Source: the human T2T-CHM13v2.0 reference genome, Homo sapiens. Taken from it: a stretch of DNA of 64,000 bases. The DNA lies in the NCBI RefSeq assembly GCF_009914755.1, contig NC_060947.1. One strand, 5' to 3'. The position numbers were made by a program, and so were the translations under genes. The notes beneath the pieces were generated by a model. That model saw only the letters and a program-made list of their open reading frames with translations, was not told the origin of the DNA and ran no database searches. Each line of letters opens with the position of its first letter. Within the stretch, counting starts at the first letter, position 1. Of the stretch, positions 56,272 through 64,000 are shown piece by piece.

Positions 56272-56965
56272 AAATTTTTAATTGTCATAACATAAAATTA
56301 ACCATCTTAATTTTTAAGTGTACAGTTCAGCAGTGTTAAGTACATTTACAGTGTTATGCAACCAATCTCCAGAACCCTTTTTAATCTTGCAAAGTTGAAA
56401 CTCTCCACCCATTAAATAATAACTCTCCATTCCCCACCCCCCTTGGCCCTTGGCAACCACCATTCTACTTTCTGTCTCTATGAATTTGACTACTCTAGGT
56501 ACCCCATATAAATGGAACCATACAATATTTGTCTTTTTGTGACTAGCTTCTTTCACGTAGCATGTCTTCAGTGTTCATCCATGTCATAGCATGAGTCAGA
56601 CTTTACTTTCTTTTTAAGGCTGAATAATATTCCATTGTGTATCTATATCATATTTTGTTTACTCATTCATTTGTCAGTGGACATTTGGGTTGCTTCCACC
56701 TTTTGGCTATCCTGACTAATGCTGCTATAAACATGGGTGTACAAATAAATTTTTGAGACTCCGCTTTCAATTGTTTTGAGTATATACCCAGAAGTAGAAT
56801 TGCTGGATCATGTGTAATTCTATTTTTTATTTTTTTGAGGAACCGCCATACTGTTTTCCATAGCAGCTGCACCATTTTACATTCCCACCAACAGTGCACA
56901 AGGGATTTCTACATATCCTTGCCAACACTCGTTATCTTCTGTTTTTTTTTTTGATAGTAGCCATC
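56272..56965 (-). mobile_element. L1MB-type 3' fragment
   Basis: ORF 56663..56899 ([20 protein letters not shown]) is the ORF2p cysteine-rich end. Confidence 0.88.
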
Positions 56966-58183
56966 TGTTGCGTTCTTTTCTTTTTTTTTTTTTTAGTAGT
57001 AGTCATCCTTCTGCTATTATTTTAACATATATATTCACATATTTATAATCACGTGTTTTATAAATCAGTTATCTGCATTTTCTGTTCTAAGAATTACCTG
57101 TTTATAATTTATAGTCTTCACCTTTTTTCTGTTGGATTATCTTTTTCTTATCAATATATAGAAGCACTATGTGTTGGGTTGGCATGAAAATTGCCATTTC
57201 TTTTGGTCAAAAACAGTTGACTATCAGCAATTTTATACATTTCAACTTAATATTATGAATATTGATATTAATTCTAATATTATAGATATTAATCCTTTAT
57301 CTATCATTAATTGCGACTATTTTCTCACAGCTTCTTAGTTGTCCTTTGACTTTTCATGGTGTCTTGTGCAACTGAAAAATTTTAATTGTCTATATTATCA
57401 ATCTTTTTTTTTCTTTTATGTTTCTGAGTTTCTTGTGTTATTTAAGAAGGTCTTCCTAGCTAAATATTACATAAATATTCTCCTAAATTTTTTTACTTTA
57501 CCTTTGTATCTTCTGTAATTAAAGATGAATTAAATAGGAGTTTGTCTTTGTGTTTTTCATGTGCTAGGCAATTATTCTAGCACCATTTATTAAATAAGCC
57601 ATTACTGAATTGAAATGCCACCTTTATTATACACTGTATTAAGTTCTGATAAAATCAGTTTCTTTCTTCTTTATTCTATTTCACTGATCTATTCTCCAAT
57701 GTCCTACTTTTTTGATTACAATAGCTTTATAGAGAGTTTTAATATCCATTAGGGCAAGATACTAGTAAGTTATTACTGGTCTTGTTTTTCAAAGCTTTAT
57801 TGGAGATTATTATAGAGTTGGGTTATTGTTCCTCACACAAATCTACAGAGATCCCTAGTTAACAGTTAAATATCTTACACATCTTAATATCTCCCTCAGC
57901 TCAGGAAGCCAGCTGTGTTCAAGTTTCAACCAACACTTGAGAGCCTCTTTCTTACGTTCACCTTGGGAGGCCAGTACCCAGAGCTTCAGCCAGGTGATGA
58001 AGAGGAGAGGGAGGAAGAGGTGAGTTTCTCCAGAGGCCCTCAGCATAGGCCTATGGTTGCTCATAATTGTACCCCACTGTCCCCAGGATGGACCTCCCAG
58101 GTAGGTGGGGTAGTCAAGGAAGGTGGAAGGACAGCAGAAACAAACTACGTGCTTCAGAGTTTTGGTTAGGAATGGCCTCATTC

Positions 58184-58513
<330 letters not shown>

Positions 58514-58968
58514 TAAATATCAACTCCTCTACCTGTCAGTCCTCAACATCAATTATCAAATGAAACACATGGAAGCTCCAATGCAGCCATGGGATCTCCC
58601 AGCAAGTGGTAAGGACACAGTGAGAGCCAGGTAGGGGCAAGCCAACTGGACAGCATCCCAGAGCACCTACGTCTGCAGGATGCCAGACCATCATGGAGAT
58701 AAATCAAACATGCCATAGTAGTTAACTCAGGTTTCCACACAAACTCCTCACATAACTAGGGAAACGTACATGGTTCTATCCTCACTGAAGCAGGGGCTAC
58801 CTTGAGCAGAAATTTCAAGTCCATCTTCAGTGGCCTTGCCCTTCTCATCATTTTTGTGATTTGTGTCTACAATGTGTACTGTGCTTCTATTATTCGTACC
58901 ACTCAGAGTTACTGGTTACAATTAGTTCCAATTCTTTTTAAAAATAGTGTTATAAAAATTTTAAAGTA

Positions 58969-59273
<305 letters not shown>

Positions 59274-59327
59274 TTAAAGTAAAATATAAACTTGGTTGTA
59301 AAAGCAACCTTTAAACACTAAAACTGA

Positions 59328-59573
<246 letters not shown>

Positions 59574-59994
59574 TAAAGCAGCTGCAAGAACCCAGTGTCT
59601 TGTTTCTGATTATAAATTAACATCCTGGTTTATTAAATTGCACATTGGTTAACTTTTATCTTCAAAGGAAAGGCCTTCTACTGTAGCAGATCCTACATTG
59701 CAGGCTAGGAATAAAGAGGAACTGAGCTGGCCAGTGGGAGAGGGAGCAAAGGCCAGCTGGAGCATGGAGGTGGAGTGAGCACAGGGACCCCAGGTAGGTC
59801 AATGGCCTAGGTGAAGTCCTCACAGACACAGGGGTTGTGTGTCCTCACTTCTGGTAGCCGCGGGGAACCTGAGGGAACCAGGTGGGGCTGTGAATGATCC
59901 AGGGGACCGGCAATGCTGAGGGTGTGTAGCAGCCCACTTGTAGAGGCAACTAGCCATTCAAGGCATGGCAGGGGACAAGAAATAGGGCTGGCAT

Positions 59995-60384
<390 letters not shown>

Positions 60385-60619
60385 TCAGAGCAGGCATCCT
60401 CTTTCGTGGATGACACTGCCTTTTGTGGGCACTGCAGATGAACAGAGAGCCTACAACCCAGGCAGAACAGGACCAGGTAAGTTGCTCTACCTCCTGCTAG
60501 AAATACTCAGGAAGAGGCCACCCCAACCCCCCACCTCCACCCCCAACCCCACCAGAAGTGCTGATAGCAACCAACCTGGACAAAGAACTGCAGCAGAGTA
60601 TTTCCAAAATCACATGGTG

Positions 60620-61050
60620 GACCACATGGCTTCCTTTGACCCCTCCAGACCCACCCCACCCTTCTCCACCCACTCTATGCTCCTAGAGGCGGGCCTGGAT
60701 GAACTCCATCAAACGGTTTCTATGCCCTCTGCCTTCCAGTTGACCTTGGCTACCAGCAGGAGGTGGAAAACCGAAAGGAGAGAGGTCAGAGTATTTATTT
60801 CCCCCAAATACCTTCTTGAGAGCTGGCTGGCTGTGTCCCTGGACCAAAAGCCACAGCTCCTGTCAAGAGGCCCTCTTCACAGGATTTTCTCTCTCCAGTT
60901 TCCAGTGATTGCTCTCTCCTTCTGCTCCTTCTGGCCTGTGGTTTCCCTATACCCTGATATTCCTTTGTAAATAGTCTCTTTATTAAACTCTTCTCAATTT
61001 ACTCAATCTGAGGGTGCCATCTGTTTCCTGCCAGGACCTGGAATGATACA
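60620..61050 (+). mobile_element. Old ERVL LTR (LTR33-like)
   Basis: Ends ATTAAACTC...GTGCCATCTGTTTCCTGCCAGGAC...GATACA. Confidence 0.55.
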
Positions 61051-61389
61051 GATGGCTTGTCTGACAGGACCTATTGATGGAGAGTCCAAGAACCCCTTAT
61101 TATTCTAGGCAGAGGGGGGGCAGCCTGCATTTAGCTGGAGGTTACTAAAGGTGCATGAAATGAAACCAGAAACTTGAGCTCTTTGGGGGTGGGGACTGTC
61201 TTACTGGCTTTGCAACACCAGCACTATGGCAAAGTCTGTCTTTTAGTAGAGGGCCTTCTAAGAGCAGATTTCCTCTCTCCAGTTCAGGAACACTTTTCTG
61301 TCTTAAAAGGGTCTCCTTCTCAAATGTTGATGTCCCTGAGAGGTTTTGCTTTGAATGCTTTTCCGCTAGGATCAAAACAATCAGTGAGT

Positions 61390-61530
61390 GGCTGGGCGCA
61401 GTGGCTCATGACTGTAATCCCAGCACTTTGGCCGAGGTGGGAGGATCACTTGAGGCCAGGAATTCGAGACCAGCCTGCTCAACATGGCGAGACCCTGTCC
61501 CTACAAAAACATAAGAAATTAACCAGGCTT
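61390..61530 (+). mobile_element. Alu left-arm fragment
   Basis: GGCTGGGCGCAGTGGCTCA... ending after the linker. Confidence 0.85.
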
Positions 61531-62761
61531 GATGGTATTTATATGTAAGTATATAATTATAGATAAATAGATAACTTGACAAAGACTGGAAGACACATGA
61601 AAATATGTTGGGGCATTGGGGTTAGAGAATAATTTTTTTCATTAAATTGTTAATTTCATGAAGTTATTCTTATGATACATGAATGTGGAGGAAAAAACAT
61701 AAAACAAGTATGTATATGAAATTGGGCAAAATACTGTCTTATCATCCTCCTTTCCCTCATCTATATACTAAGAGGATAAAGAGTCTCTTCCATTCCAATC
61801 CATTCCAGGTAATACAAAATGTGATTCTAAACTCTTAAAATGAGTCATATGTGGACACAGAGAATGAGGCAAAAAAAAAAAAAAAAGACACAGGAGTTTT
61901 GATTATTTTAACATGTCCATAAAAATCAAGAAATAGGAATAATTGTTTTTGTTCCCACTAGGGGCTGTGGTAAGTGAAGTTTTGTCTTTCTAGCTTGCTT
62001 TCTCAATCCCTCCTCTGGGTCACTTGAAGATCCCCTCCCTGACTCCACATGACTATGATGGCTAGGTCAATCAGTGTCCTTTCCCGCCCTTGACATTTAG
62101 TGGTCAGAAGACTAAACCAGAGCCAATCAGATTCTTCTCTGAAATTGATGCATGGACAGGTGGACAAAGAAGGTCCCTTTCTTCCAGGGCTGCCAAATCT
62201 TTCTGCCTGTTACTTGGGTGACCTTAGACAAATCGTTTAACTTCTTTGAGCCTAAATTTTCTCACCTTAAATGAGGTTAATAATACAATCTATTTCATAG
62301 GCATTTGTAAGAATCAAATGATATGAAGCATGAGAAAGGTTATTATAACTTTAATGTGTTTTATAATGTTATTAATAAATGTATTGTTATCAAATGTAAA
62401 TAAAATTATATGATAAATTAATTCATTGTAAGGTGTTGGTCAATGACATCTTAGGACATTAAATCTCCCAAGGGTATTTACATATTTTAAAGGGGCCCAT
62501 TATATAAAGCACAAAGATAGAGAGCACTAATCTATACTGTCAGGAATTAGGATAGTGGTTAACTTTGCAGGGGTGGGGGGCTTGTGATCAGAGGGAACAT
62601 AAGGAAGCTTCTGAAAGGTATTGGTTGTGTTCGGTTTCTTGATCTGCGTTCTAGTTACATGGGTGTATTGTTGGTAAAGCTTCATTGTCCTGTATGCTTA
62701 AGATATGTGCCCTTTTCCATATGTATGGTATGATTTAATAACAAGTCTTTAAAACTTGGAA

Positions 62762-64000
62762 ATTCTGGCTTCCAAGAAGAAGCAGGCATACTTTTCCTTA
62801 CTCCTCCTACTAAGTACAATGAAAAACTCTGGACATTATATATGAAATAAACATAAGAAGACTTTGAAAGGAGGCACTTTCTTTGAAAGGAGGAGACTTT
62901 GAAGAAGATGGCACTTGGAAATATCAATAAGTGCAAACTAAAAAAGACCTAACAAAAACTGCTCTATCTGGCCAAAGGGCCAAGAAAGGAACAACACAAG
63001 AAAAGAGAAAACTTTTAGACAGAAACTGCTCTGCTCTGACTAAACACCACAGGAAAAAAAAAAAATGTAGCCCCATCCTCATTCATACCAGCAGAGGCCA
63101 AGTGGGGAGCCTAGAATTCCACTCGCCAGGCTATAGCAATGTGCCCTAACCCACCCACTGGGATATCTTCAGAGAAGGCCAAGTATGGAGCCAGTACATT
63201 TATCCCTGCTGGGTAGTGATGAGGAAACCACATAGGCAACCTGTACTTCCAGCCCGCATCCTTCCTCCTTGGGCAGTATCAGAAGAAGCATAGTAGAAAG
63301 TCAGGACTTTCACCATTGCTCAGCAGTATTGATGCCATCCTCTCCCTGAGGTGTCAGTGGAGGCCTAGTGAGGAGCCTGAACTCCCACCCCACCCAGCAA
63401 CAATAAAGAACACCCCCCGAGATGTCAACAGAGGCTGAATAGACTTTCTCTGCTGACCTGGCAGTAATGAGGGGACACCCCACCCCCTTCCCTTGCCAAT
63501 GTAGTGTCCAAAAAGCCAGCTAAAACATCAGGTTTAAATAAGACACAGAGTCATAACATAATACCCAAAGTGTCCAAATTTCAATCAAAAATCACTCATT
63601 ACACTAGAAACAAGGAAAATCTCAAACTGAATGAACAAAGATAATCTTTAGATGCCAACACTGAGATGAAACATGAGATAAAATTTTCTGACACAAATTT
63701 TAAAGCAGCCATCATAAAAATAATGCAATGAGCAATTACAAGCACACTTGACACGAATAAAATATAGAATAAATAAATAAATAAACAGCGCCTCAGGAAC
63801 ATGTGGGACTTTAACAAAAGATCTAGCATTGTTATTACTGAAGACCCAAAAGGAGAGGATAAAGAGGGTAGGGCTAAGAAAGTATTCAAAGAAATAATGG
63901 CTAAAAACACCCCAATTTGGCAAAAGACATAAACCTATAGATTCAAGAGGCTGAGTGAACTCTAAACAGAATAAACCCAAAGAAATTCAAACTGAGACAC
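62762..64000 (+). mobile_element. Old L1M 5' UTR and ORF1 fragment (runs off the window)
   Basis: Degenerate ORF1p near 63790-64000 (LRNMWDFNKRS...KVFKEIMA...NLAKDINL...RINPKK). Confidence 0.78.

Noticed and set aside
60410-60970. 186-aa non-Alu ORF
   Set aside because: No recognisable domain, it runs into an old LTR33-like element, and there is no promoter or splice support. It is compatible with chance.

Overview
Hominoid, most likely human, intergenic DNA made mostly of interspersed repeats: about 38 Alu copies or fragments, many L1 pieces, ERV1/ERVL/MaLR LTRs, DNA transposon fossils and one 5'-truncated SVA. I see no intact protein-coding gene, RNA gene or CRISPR array, and nearly all ORFs in the track are Alu, L1 or SVA artefacts. 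Two retrocopies are present: a near-full-length processed pseudogene of syntenin-1 (SDCBP, minus strand, about 52390-54816) and, at the left edge, what I recall as the 3' UTR of an MKRN1-derived retrocopy. From memory this pairing suggests Xp11.4 (MKRN4P / SDCBPP3, between MED14 and USP9X), which I could not verify. The most structured object is a nested stack at 21.4-28.4 kb: an ERVL pol fossil split by an internally deleted L1 and by a two-LTR MST provirus, which in turn carries the SVA. I found no evidence for a new biological system; the findings are retrotransposition and repair scars plus candidate regulatory sites. Repeat subfamily names come from recalled consensus sequences and need RepeatMasker/Dfam confirmation.
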